Positions 17,372 to 26,567 of a stretch of 64,000 bases of DNA are shown one piece after another. Made by a program: the position numbers and the translations under genes. How positions within the stretch are numbered: position 1 is the stretch's first letter; each line of letters starts with the position of its first letter. Origin of the DNA: Bacteroidota bacterium (GTDB taxonomy: Bacteria > Bacteroidota > Bacteroidia > Chitinophagales > Chitinophagaceae); assembly GCA_016868815.1 (NCBI GenBank), contig VGFQ01000013.1, positions 3,746 to 67,745 of the forward strand. The letters run 5' to 3'. The notes under the pieces are model-generated. The model worked only from the letters and a program-made list of their open reading frames with translations, did not search any database and had not been told where the DNA came from.

Positions 17372-19330
17372 ATGTGTGGCATAGCAGGATATATCGAACG
17401 AAGGATGCAAGCGGAACCCGGAGCCGTCTTGCAACAGATGTGCGATGCCATCGCCCATCGGGGACCGGATGCCCATGGCTATTGGTCTGATGCGGAGCAG
17501 GGTGTCTACCTCGGCCATCGAAGGCTTTCGATCATCGACGTCACGGAGGCAGGCAGTCAGCCGATGCGCACACCTGATGGGGGACTTACTCTGGTCTTCA
17601 ACGGAGAGATCTACAACCATCGCAGCCTGCGCGGGCGACTTGACCAGGCCGCCCGGATCGACTGGAAAGGTAGCTCCGACACTGAGACACTGCTGTACGC
17701 CATCGAATTCTTGGGCATAGAAGAAACCCTCCGGAGCATCCGCGGGATGTTTGCCTTCGCCTTGTGGGATGCCCGCCGGCAGGAACTCACTTTTGCCCGC
17801 GACCGCATCGGAGAGAAGCCTTTATACTACGGGCTATGGGAGGGTAACCTGCTGTTCTCCTCGGAGATGAAGTCGTTCTTCGCTGTGCCTGGCTTTCGTG
17901 CGTCGTTGGACATGGAGGCCGCATCGCTTTATTTCCGCTACGGCAGCGTGCCGGAACCGCATTCCATCGTACAATGCATCCGAAAGCTGCCGGCCGGCAA
18001 CTGGCTGACGATCCCATGCAAAGTCCGTGAAGGGCTGGAACTGACAGCGCCCAGGGCCTACTGGTCGGTAGGAGATGCCATTGCCAACAACCCGATAGAG
18101 CAGAGCCTGACCTTGCCGGAAGCATCTAGGCAGCTTGACGAACTGCTACACCAATGCATCAGCGAACAGTCAATTTCTGATGTCGATCTGGGTGCGTTCC
18201 TCTCGGGTGGCGTAGACTCATCACTCGTCTGTGCCATCCTTAGGGAAAAGATGAACACTCGGCTGAAGACGTTCACCATTGGCTTCGAAGTTAGTGGCTA
18301 TGACGAGTCAGAACATGCCCGGCGAGTTGCAGCATACCTAGGGACAGAGCACCATGAGATGTTCTTCGGCAAGCGGGATGTGCTGGACATTGTACCATCT
18401 GTGGCAGATATCTACTGCGAGCCCTTTTCCGACAGCTCGCAGCTACCGACGATCCTTCTAAGCCGGTTTACCCGTCAGCATGTCACCGTCAGCCTCTCCG
18501 GTGATGCAGGCGATGAGCTCTTCGGTGGTTATTCGAGGTACCGATATGCCGACCGCATGCGCGGACGTATCGCACCGATCCCCTTCCTACTCCGGCGCGG
18601 CATCGGCCATGTACTAGGGTCTCTGCCCATCGATGGACTCGCAGCCGCCCTACAGATGATGCGGCTGACAACTAGCAAGCAGCATGTACCAACGCTTTCC
18701 TGGATGCAGAAGCTCTCCGGCATCTTTGGCAGCGAGGGCGTGACAGACATCTATGATGCGCTCATGACGCATTGGAAGAAAGGCTCCATTTGGACGGCCC
18801 ATACCCAAGAAGGCAAGCTATACCCGAACCCGGCGCTGGCAGGTCAAGAAATGCCCGAGCTACAACGCATCATGGCCAGCGACCTCCTTGGCTACCTATG
18901 CTATGACATCCTCGTGAAGGTCGATCGGGCCGCCATGGCTGCCAGCCTGGAGACACGCATCCCGCTGCTGGATCACCGGATTGTTGCGTTTGCGCAGCGC
19001 CTGCCGCTGTCGCTCAAACTGGCCGACGGGCAAGGCAAGCCCGTCTTGAAACACCTGCTGGGGAAATATATCCCTGCCGAGTTGTACGAAAGGCCCAAGA
19101 GCGGGTTTGCCGTGCCGATAGCATCGTGGCTGCGTACCGAGCTGAAAGACTGGGCCTCGGACCTGCTCTCCCCTTCCGGACTGAAAGACCTCCCCTTTCT
19201 AGATGCAAACCTCGTACGAAAGCACTGGGACCGCCATCTGCATAACCATTACGATGCCTCTACACAGCTGTGGGATGTGTTGGTATTCATCCAATGGTAC
19301 CGGAGATATGCTAGTCACTTGCATGCATGA
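17372..19330 (+). CDS. asnB: Asparagine synthase (glutamine-hydrolysing), polysaccharide-cluster amidotransferase type
   Basis: MCGIAG Ntn nucleophile, HRGPD, FNGEIYNH, LSGGVDSS, LSGDAGDELFGGY and KVDRAAMA.SLETR.P. Confidence 0.93.
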   Translation: MCGIAGYIERRMQAEPGAVLQQMCDAIAHRGPDAHGYWSDAEQGVYLGHRRLSIIDVTEAGSQPMRTPDGGLTLVFNGEIYNHRSLRGRLDQAARIDWKGSSDTETLLYAIEFLGIEETLRSIRGMFAFALWDARRQELTFARDRIGEKPLYYGLWEGNLLFSSEMKSFFAVPGFRASLDMEAASLYFRYGSVPEPHSIVQCIRKLPAGNWLTIPCKVREGLELTAPRAYWSVGDAIANNPIEQSLTLPEASRQLDELLHQCISEQSISDVDLGAFLSGGVDSSLVCAILREKMNTRLKTFTIGFEVSGYDESEHARRVAAYLGTEHHEMFFGKRDVLDIVPSVADIYCEPFSDSSQLPTILLSRFTRQHVTVSLSGDAGDELFGGYSRYRYADRMRGRIAPIPFLLRRGIGHVLGSLPIDGLAAALQMMRLTTSKQHVPTLSWMQKLSGIFGSEGVTDIYDALMTHWKKGSIWTAHTQEGKLYPNPALAGQEMPELQRIMASDLLGYLCYDILVKVDRAAMAASLETRIPLLDHRIVAFAQRLPLSLKLADGQGKPVLKHLLGKYIPAELYERPKSGFAVPIASWLRTELKDWASDLLSPSGLKDLPFLDANLVRKHWDRHLHNHYDASTQLWDVLVFIQWYRRYASHLHA

Positions 19331-19377
19331 ACGAAGTAACTGAGATACCTCTTTTGATATTAATGACTCCCTTATAG

Positions 19378-20442
19378 ATGATCGCTGCTGCTGATATGAC
19401 CACCAAGCGCCTTTTGTTAATCGGAGATATCCGTGAGGGGCGTGCACCGGAGACCGGCGAGCAGGTCAAAAACCAACTGTTATCTTCATTCCTACGAGGC
19501 CATCATCGACTAAAGACCATCGACACAGAACATTGGAAGCGGCGCCCCTGGGTGATCCTACACATCCTAGCGGCTGCATGGCTGGGGCGCTATGATACGG
19601 TCATCCTCTCTGCGTCTAGCGGCTCTGTGCACACCCTGTTGCGCGCGCTCTCCTTTTTCCCCGGTGTCTTAGCGAGGACGCTCTACCTGGTGGTGGGCGG
19701 CTATCTGCCCGCGGGTATCCGCGAAGGCCGGTTCCGGGTAGGCACGTATACCGGTCTGAAGGCCATCATCGTACAAGGCGAAGGGCTTCGGCGGGAGCTG
19801 GCAGCGCTGGGCGTCGGGTCCCCCGTCTATGTGATGCCCAACAGCAAGCCCGTCAAGGCACTGTATGGCGACAGCAGCCGGTATGCGACGTCTTCGACCC
19901 GATTCCTCTTTCTGGCACGCATCTCCGAGCCGAAAGGCGTAGAGACGGTCTTCGAGGCCTTGGAGCACCCACTGCTTCGAGAGCGGGCTGGAATGTTCAC
20001 GGTGGACTTCTACGGCCGCGTGGAAACAGGGTATCAGGCGACGTTTCTGTCGGCGCTCCAGCGGCATCCTTCCTGCCACTACCAGGGCTATTGGGATGTG
20101 ACGCACGACGCGGAAGGTGCCTACCAGCAGTTTTCGGAATACCATGCCATGCTCTTTCCCACGCATTGGAAGGGGGAAGGATTTCCGGGCGTTGTGATTG
20201 ATGCGTATGTCGCCGGGCTGCCGGTGATTGCTTCCGACTGGAATATAAACCGGGAGGTCGTATCAGATGGGGTGACCGGCAGGATCATCCCTCCCAAGGA
20301 TCCTGCCGCGCTGGCGGCAGCGATGTCTTCAGTTATAGATGACCGTGCGTCCTGGACCTTGATGAGTGCGGCTTGCCATGCGGCGGCCCGGGCCTATGAT
20401 ACCCCTGTGGTACTGGCCAGACATTTCTCTCCTTTATTGTGA
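19378..20442 (+). CDS. Glycosyltransferase family 4
   Basis: FLARISEPKG and EGFPGVVIDAYVAGLPVIASDW. Confidence 0.85.
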   Translation: MIAAADMTTKRLLLIGDIREGRAPETGEQVKNQLLSSFLRGHHRLKTIDTEHWKRRPWVILHILAAAWLGRYDTVILSASSGSVHTLLRALSFFPGVLARTLYLVVGGYLPAGIREGRFRVGTYTGLKAIIVQGEGLRRELAALGVGSPVYVMPNSKPVKALYGDSSRYATSSTRFLFLARISEPKGVETVFEALEHPLLRERAGMFTVDFYGRVETGYQATFLSALQRHPSCHYQGYWDVTHDAEGAYQQFSEYHAMLFPTHWKGEGFPGVVIDAYVAGLPVIASDWNINREVVSDGVTGRIIPPKDPAALAAAMSSVIDDRASWTLMSAACHAAARAYDTPVVLARHFSPLL

Positions 20443-20463
20443 TCCAGAGGGGCTTTTCCGTTG

Positions 20464-21843
20464 TCAGAGGGCTTCATAAACGGACCGGGAAAAGTTTTCT
20501 AGGGAGGGATCGCGTGCCCCCATGAGCAGCAGCACGCTGTAGCCGGAGAGGTGGGGCCGGACGGCTTCTGCCAGTCCATTTCGGTCGGCCAGGAAATAGG
20601 CCTTGGCACCGGCGGCCTGCAGGTCGTGGATGAGGTCGGCCGACGAGATATCCTTCACGGCAGTACCTCCTGCGTAGAAGATCTCAGACATCCAAATCTC
20701 ATCCTGCGGGCGCAGGACGGCGGCGATCTCGCGGACGAAGTCGGCCCGCAGAAAACGGGTGGGACCGTAGCCGTGCGGCTGTAGCCAGGCCACCACTTTC
20801 TCCGCCAGCGGTTGGCAGGCCTGTATAGAGCGGGCACATTTGACGGGGTTATGTGCGTAGTCGTCGACCACCCATACCTGTCCCTTCTTCCCAAGAACCT
20901 GATGGCGGCGATGGATGCCCTCGTAGTGCTCCAAGGCGGCAGCAGCGGTAGCCAGGGGTACACCGGCCTGATGTGCAGCTGCAGCGGCGGCCACGGCATT
21001 TTCCATGTTATGGGTGCCGAGGGTCTGCAGGCGAAAGTGGGTTTCTGCGATGCGGAAGCGGAGGGAGAAACCCTGCTGCTGGTAATCGTGTGCCACGTAG
21101 GCGATGCCAGGGCCTTCTGCGAGGCCGAAGTCGAAGCCCTGTCCAGAGGAGAGGGATGCCGACAGTGTATGGCTGCAGTTAACCATGAAACGGGTGCTAT
21201 GGGAGCGGAAGATCTTGAAGACCTGCTGGAGCTCTTCTATCTCTTTGTGGTCTTTATCGATGTTGAGGAGTACACCGATCTCTGGGTGGTATTGTACTAT
21301 GGAGCCGTCGCTCTCATCGGCTTCTATGACCAGCCATGCTCCAGTTCCCACACTAGCATTGCCGATCCGTCCCTGCCGGATGAGGCTCGTGAGCCCTGCG
21401 CCGGTGATGACGGATGGCGAGAGACCGGCATGCAGCAGGATTTCATAGGTCATCGCGGCGGTAGTACTCTTGCCGGAGGTACCGCCGATGGCGATGGTGC
21501 GGTAGCGGGCGGTGAGCAGTGCCAGCAATTCACTTCGCTTGAGGACGGGGATGCCGAGTGCCAGCGCCTTCTGGTATTCAGGTACGGTTGCTTCGATGGC
21601 GGTGGAGACGATGACGCAGTCGATCTCGTCTGTGAGGGCCTTCCCGTCCTGGCAGTGGCAGCGAATGCCTGCACGCTCGAGTCTGTCGCGGATCTCATCT
21701 GGCTCTTGCTCCTGAAAGCTGCGGTCGGAGCCGGAGACGGTACGCCCCAGCCCCTGGAGAAATTGTGCCAGCGCACTCATGCCCGACCCGGCGATGCCGA
21801 TGAAGAAGTAGTGCCGGTACCTGTCGATGCCTGGCTGATCCAT
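20464..21843 (-). CDS. MurC/Mpl-like UDP-N-acetylmuramate--amino acid ligase family protein (stand-alone)
   Basis: FIGIAGSGMSALA, GTSGKSTT P-loop, VIEADESDG, LNIDKDH and DDYAHNP. Confidence 0.85.
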   Translation of the reverse strand: MDQPGIDRYRHYFFIGIAGSGMSALAQFLQGLGRTVSGSDRSFQEQEPDEIRDRLERAGIRCHCQDGKALTDEIDCVIVSTAIEATVPEYQKALALGIPVLKRSELLALLTARYRTIAIGGTSGKSTTAAMTYEILLHAGLSPSVITGAGLTSLIRQGRIGNASVGTGAWLVIEADESDGSIVQYHPEIGVLLNIDKDHKEIEELQQVFKIFRSHSTRFMVNCSHTLSASLSSGQGFDFGLAEGPGIAYVAHDYQQQGFSLRFRIAETHFRLQTLGTHNMENAVAAAAAAHQAGVPLATAAAALEHYEGIHRRHQVLGKKGQVWVVDDYAHNPVKCARSIQACQPLAEKVVAWLQPHGYGPTRFLRADFVREIAAVLRPQDEIWMSEIFYAGGTAVKDISSADLIHDLQAAGAKAYFLADRNGLAEAVRPHLSGYSVLLLMGARDPSLENFSRSVYEAL

Positions 21844-21855
21844 TGGAAAAACCGC

Positions 21856-23001
21856 TTATTTCGCGGGGCGCAGGCGGAGGACCATGCCGCCGTCCACTCC
21901 GATGTATAGGTATCCGTCGGGGCCCTGTACAACGTTACGGACCCGCCAGCGGTTGCCTTCAAAGATGCGCTCTTCCTTTTCCACCTTGCCGTCGCGGATC
22001 ACCAGGCGGTTGAGGTGTTGCAGGGCCAAGGCGCCGGTAAAGACGTTACCTTTCCACATGGGGAAGCGATCACCGGTATAGACGACCAGTCCACTCGGAC
22101 CAATGGAGGGTTTATAAAATTTGAGTGGCTGCTGCAGCCCGTCTTTTTCAGAGAGGCCGTTGTTGATGAGCTTGCCGGAATACTCCGTGCCATAGGTGAT
22201 GATGGGCCATCCATAGTTGTTGCCAGGCTGGATGACATTCAGCTCATCACCCCCCTTTGGACCGTGCTCGCTTTCGTAGAGGATGCCGGTGGCTGGCTCG
22301 CGGAAAAGTCCTTGTGGGTTACGGTGTCCGTACGTCCAGATCTCTTTCTTCGCGCCCGGGGTATGGTAGAAAGGATTATCGGTCGGGACGCTGCCATCGT
22401 CGCGGACGCGGATGACTTTACCGAAATGGTTGCTGAGCGACTGTGCAGAGTCGCGCAAGACGGAGCGTTCGCCGATGGTCAGGAAAAGGTAGCCATCATG
22501 GAAGACCATACGATCGCCGAAATGCAAGCTGTTGCGGAAGAACGGATCGCAGGTAAAAATGCGCTGGACGTCTGTCAGGCGGTTGTCTTGCAGACGGAAC
22601 CTATCGACGGACGTACCATTGAGGCTGTCGTGGATAGCGGAGTAGGAGAGATAGATCCATCCGTTGCGTTTGTAGTCTGGGTGCAGGGTGATATCAAGCA
22701 TGCCGGCCTGCCCTTCTGTGAATACTTTGGGCACATTCTGCAGGAGTATTTTGGTACGCCTGCGAGGGTTGACCCTCCATATCTTTCCTTCGTTGCGGTC
22801 TGTCACGAGCAGGTCGCCGTCGGGGAGGAAGGTCATTCCAAAAGGGATGGTAATCTCGGTGGCGACGGTATCGACGGTTAGTTCTACTAATTCTGTCTTC
22901 ACTACTCCCAGCTGCTTTTGGGCGCAGGAAAAGAGGGAGACAAGGCAGAGGTGGCCAGCGATGGCTAATATCCGAAGCGCTCCTATGGTGCCATTCTTCA
23001 T
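21856..23001 (-). CDS. PQQ-dependent sugar dehydrogenase (glucose/sorbosone dehydrogenase family)
   Basis: GQAGMLDITLHP, IWTYGHRNPQG, EHGPKGGDELN and NYGWP. The start may extend to 23040. Confidence 0.9.
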   Translation of the reverse strand: MKNGTIGALRILAIAGHLCLVSLFSCAQKQLGVVKTELVELTVDTVATEITIPFGMTFLPDGDLLVTDRNEGKIWRVNPRRRTKILLQNVPKVFTEGQAGMLDITLHPDYKRNGWIYLSYSAIHDSLNGTSVDRFRLQDNRLTDVQRIFTCDPFFRNSLHFGDRMVFHDGYLFLTIGERSVLRDSAQSLSNHFGKVIRVRDDGSVPTDNPFYHTPGAKKEIWTYGHRNPQGLFREPATGILYESEHGPKGGDELNVIQPGNNYGWPIITYGTEYSGKLINNGLSEKDGLQQPLKFYKPSIGPSGLVVYTGDRFPMWKGNVFTGALALQHLNRLVIRDGKVEKEERIFEGNRWRVRNVVQGPDGYLYIGVDGGMVLRLRPAK

Positions 23002-23296
23002 ATGTGCTTGCATTTGCAGCAAGTTAGGCAGAAATCTCAAGAGCGTTCTGGGTCTCAGGAGGGCTTCAGCGCCATCCGTAATCAGTCGTTTATAACTAAG
23101 TCATGACACAGGTTTTGTCGGTGCAGAGGATGTCGACCTCTCCAAGGCTGAATAAGCCCTTATCCAAGTACTAGATGACCTGACCGACGATCGGTTGAAC
23201 ACGGGTTTTTGACAAATGGGTCCCGAGGCAGCAGGGTAGCATCGACAATGCTTCAATCTGAATTCCCTACCTTGGACAACTTTTAAAGTACATTCC

Positions 23297-24607
23297 ATGA
23301 AACTCCCTACCCTCCTACTCCTCTGCTGCACCTGCCAATGGCTGTCAGCGCAGCCGACCCTCTCCCACCCTACCGGCATCCTCACCGAAGGCCTTGCCGA
23401 GAATAGCGGTGTCTCGCCCGCGCGGCTCGCCCGCATCGATACGTTCATCCAACATCATGTCAGCAGCGGCCAGCTCAACGGTGCCACGATGGTCATTGTT
23501 AGAAGAGGTCACATCGTCTACCACCGGGCCTTCGGCATGAGCGACATGACCAAAGGCACACCCATGCAGAAGAATGCCATCTTCCGCATCGCCTCCATGA
23601 CGAAGCCGATTGTTAGCACCGCCGTGATGATGCTACTGGAAGAAGGGAAGTTCGGGCTGGACGACCCGATCTCCAAATACATCCCCGAATTCGCCAACCC
23701 CACCATCCTGAGCCGCTTCAAGGAGACGGACACTACCTGGATAGACATGCCCGCTCGCTCAGAAATCACCGTGCGGCAGCTGCTGAACCACACGTCCGGC
23801 ATTGGATATGCCCAGATCGGATCGGCCGAGGCGCGAGCCATATATTATAAGCATGGCATCAACGGAGGCATCGGCACCCCCGGCTCCAGACTCTCCGACA
23901 TCGTCCCCAAGCTTGCCAAGCTACCGCTCTTCCATCAGCCGGGTGAGAAATGGCTCTATGGCATGAATGTCGATGTACTAGGATACCTCGTAGAAATATG
24001 GAGCGGACAGCCACTGGACCGCTTCTTGCAGGAGCGCCTCTTCCATCCCCTCGGCATGAAAGACACGCATTTTTTCCTACCGCCTGAAAAATTTTCCCGC
24101 CTGGTGCCCCTGTACCGACAAGAAGAGAACCTGCGGCTGAGGCTGCAAGACTCTATGATCCAACTCAACGGCGACTTCTCCCGTGACTTCCCCAAGACAC
24201 CCGGAGGAAAGTTCTTCTCCGGAGGCGCCGGCCTCAGCTCCACCGCCGCTGACTATGCCGCCTTCTGCCAGCTATTCCTGCAGGGAGGTGTCTACAACGG
24301 TGTCCGCCTCCTCTCCCCTCATACCATCCGGATGATGACACGCAACCAGATAGGCACGCTTACCATGGGGAATCCCAACGACCCCAACCGCTTCGGCCTC
24401 GGCTTTGGCATCTATACGGAACGAAGCGAGGCGCAGACAATCGCCCAGGAAGGCAGCTTCGACTGGGGAGGGATGTTCGCCACGCATTTTTGGATCGATC
24501 CAAAATCGGATCTCGCCTGCGTCTTCCTGCGGAACATCTGGCCCCTGCGCAACGGAGAGATACAGGCAAGGCTGAAGAACATCGTCTACCAGGCGCTGAC
24601 CGACTAA
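23297..24607 (+). CDS. Serine hydrolase, beta-lactamase class C-like
   Basis: Signal peptide, IASMTK (SxxK), LLNHTSG, PGEKWLYG and DWGG. Confidence 0.9.
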   Translation: MKLPTLLLLCCTCQWLSAQPTLSHPTGILTEGLAENSGVSPARLARIDTFIQHHVSSGQLNGATMVIVRRGHIVYHRAFGMSDMTKGTPMQKNAIFRIASMTKPIVSTAVMMLLEEGKFGLDDPISKYIPEFANPTILSRFKETDTTWIDMPARSEITVRQLLNHTSGIGYAQIGSAEARAIYYKHGINGGIGTPGSRLSDIVPKLAKLPLFHQPGEKWLYGMNVDVLGYLVEIWSGQPLDRFLQERLFHPLGMKDTHFFLPPEKFSRLVPLYRQEENLRLRLQDSMIQLNGDFSRDFPKTPGGKFFSGGAGLSSTAADYAAFCQLFLQGGVYNGVRLLSPHTIRMMTRNQIGTLTMGNPNDPNRFGLGFGIYTERSEAQTIAQEGSFDWGGMFATHFWIDPKSDLACVFLRNIWPLRNGEIQARLKNIVYQALTD

Positions 24608-24615
24608 CCTGCGCC

Positions 24616-26430
24616 TTGGCAACGACGGCAGAAAACATCCTCCGCAACCTCCTCGACTGCCTCGACCTCGAGGATGCAGAACAACGCGTGCGCTATGCCT
24701 CCGAGCCAGGCTATCTCCTCAAAGGGCTGCGCATCACGCGCCGAGGCATGGGCTACCTCGATTATCCGGAAGTCTCCTTCCGCCTCCCCTTTCCGGCCGA
24801 CGCCTCCCTGTTCCGAGACAGCATGCCTGTCGAATGCTTTTGCGCTGGCGAGGCGCCGGTGAAAGGACAGCTGGTCGAATTCGACGGCCGGCAAGGACTG
24901 CTCCGCCTCTTCACACCCGACTTCCCGGAATGGCTGGAAGAGGGCGGCCTCCAGCTCCGCGCCATGCCCGACACCCGTACCACCGGACTGCTCAAGGCAG
25001 CGCTGCAACGCATCCCCGCAGACCGCCGGCTCGCCCGCCTCTTCGACCGGATCCATGGCCTGGAAGCTTTGCAGGCAGCGGTTGCCGACAGCTTGCCAAC
25101 AGCACACACCTTCCTCAACCCCACCCTCAATGCCAGCCAACAGATGGCCGTACACGCCATCTGCTCCGATCAGGAACTGGTGGTCATCCACGGCCCCCCG
25201 GGCACCGGCAAGACCACCACGCTGATAGAAGGCATCCGGCAGCTGGCGGCCGCAGGACAAAAATTAATCGTCACCGCCCCCAGCAATGCGGCAGTCGACC
25301 ACCTCGCCAGAGGCCTCCTGGAGCGCGGACTGCGGCTGTTGCGCGTCGGCAACACGGGAAGGATAGACCCTGCCGTCTTCCCCCATACGCCCGAAGGCCG
25401 GCAGGCCGGGGGAAGGGAGCAAAAGGAGCTGAAGGACCTGCGCATCCGGGCGGAACAGTTCCGACGGATGGCCATGAAATACAAGCGCAGCTTCGGAAAG
25501 GCAGAGCGGGAGCAGCGCGACCTGCTCTTCAAAGAGGTCCGCACCATCCGGGAAGAGATCCGTCGCCTGCAAGACTACCAGGAAGAACGGCTCTTCCAAG
25601 AAGCACAGGTGGTGGCCGGCACCCCCGTTGGGCTGCTGGATGCACGGGCCGACCGTTATGTCTTCGACACCCTCGTCATAGACGAAGCGGGTCAGTGTAC
25701 ATCGCCTTTCGCCTGGTGCGCGCTGCCATTGGCAGGCCGAGCCATACTGGCAGGTGACCCCCTGCAACTGCCGCCCACCGTGCTGAGCAAAAAGGCAGCA
25801 GCACTCGGCCTTGCACGATCGATCCTGGAGTCAGCCATCGAAAACGGTTATTCATGCACGTTACTGGATACGCAATACCGTATGAAGCCTTCAATCGCCG
25901 CATTCAGCAGCCAGCAATTCTACGGCGGGAAATTGAAAACATCGGAGCAGCTACAGGATACGGGCGTGCACATTACCTTCATCGACACGGCCGGCGCCGG
26001 CTTCGAAGAGCAGCGTGGGCCAGAAGGCAACAGCCTTTGGAACGAGGGTGAGGCAGGGCTGGTCTTGCAGCTAATCAACGCGGAGGGACTATTGCCTTTT
26101 GAGACGGTGGTGGTCACGCCGTACTCCGCGCAGGCAGAGGCCTTGGGGCCCATGCTTCCGGAGGGCATGCGCTGCAGCACGATTGACAGTTTCCAGGGGC
26201 AGGAGATGCGGCATGTGGTTGTGTCGCTGGTCCGCAGCAACATCGAAGGAGAGATCGGCTTCCTGAAAGACTACCGGCGGATGAACGTGGCACTGACCAG
26301 GGCGAAAGATGCACTCTTCGTTGTCGGCGACAGTGCCACGGTGGGGGCTGACGCGTTCTATGCCGCCTTTCTCAGCCATGTAGAGGCGCAAGGCCACTAT
26401 CGGACCTCGTGGGAGTTTGTCAAAGACTGA
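24616..26430 (+). CDS. SF1 helicase, Upf1/IGHMBP2-like (AAA_11/AAA_12)
   Basis: GPPGTGKT, APSNAAVD, IDEAGQ, GDPLQLPP, QYRM, DSFQGQE and RRMNVALTRAK. The start was set at TTG 24616, just after the upstream stop. Confidence 0.9.
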   Translation: MATTAENILRNLLDCLDLEDAEQRVRYASEPGYLLKGLRITRRGMGYLDYPEVSFRLPFPADASLFRDSMPVECFCAGEAPVKGQLVEFDGRQGLLRLFTPDFPEWLEEGGLQLRAMPDTRTTGLLKAALQRIPADRRLARLFDRIHGLEALQAAVADSLPTAHTFLNPTLNASQQMAVHAICSDQELVVIHGPPGTGKTTTLIEGIRQLAAAGQKLIVTAPSNAAVDHLARGLLERGLRLLRVGNTGRIDPAVFPHTPEGRQAGGREQKELKDLRIRAEQFRRMAMKYKRSFGKAEREQRDLLFKEVRTIREEIRRLQDYQEERLFQEAQVVAGTPVGLLDARADRYVFDTLVIDEAGQCTSPFAWCALPLAGRAILAGDPLQLPPTVLSKKAAALGLARSILESAIENGYSCTLLDTQYRMKPSIAAFSSQQFYGGKLKTSEQLQDTGVHITFIDTAGAGFEEQRGPEGNSLWNEGEAGLVLQLINAEGLLPFETVVVTPYSAQAEALGPMLPEGMRCSTIDSFQGQEMRHVVVSLVRSNIEGEIGFLKDYRRMNVALTRAKDALFVVGDSATVGADAFYAAFLSHVEAQGHYRTSWEFVKD

Positions 26431-26567
26431 TACAATACCCGGACAGGATCTTCATCTGTATGTATCAACCGGATAAGAAACTTGCCTGGCAGGGGAACTA
26501 TCAGCCAGTACGTTGAAAGCTGTGGCACCTGGGACGCCTAACACATTAGCTGGCTTGCAACCTTCCC

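Noticed and set aside
23041-23296. Protein-like fragments in the GSDH/serine hydrolase divergent intergenic region
   Set aside because: Stops occur in all frames and no family motif was recognised, so it cannot be distinguished from ordinary promoter DNA.
24490-24615. Track start of the helicase overlapping the serine hydrolase 3' end
   Set aside because: The overlap is unnecessary; a TTG just after the upstream stop gives a plausible start. Similar over-extended starts were trimmed for ftsY, trxA, lpdA, nagB, FkbM, GH78 and the MFS gene.
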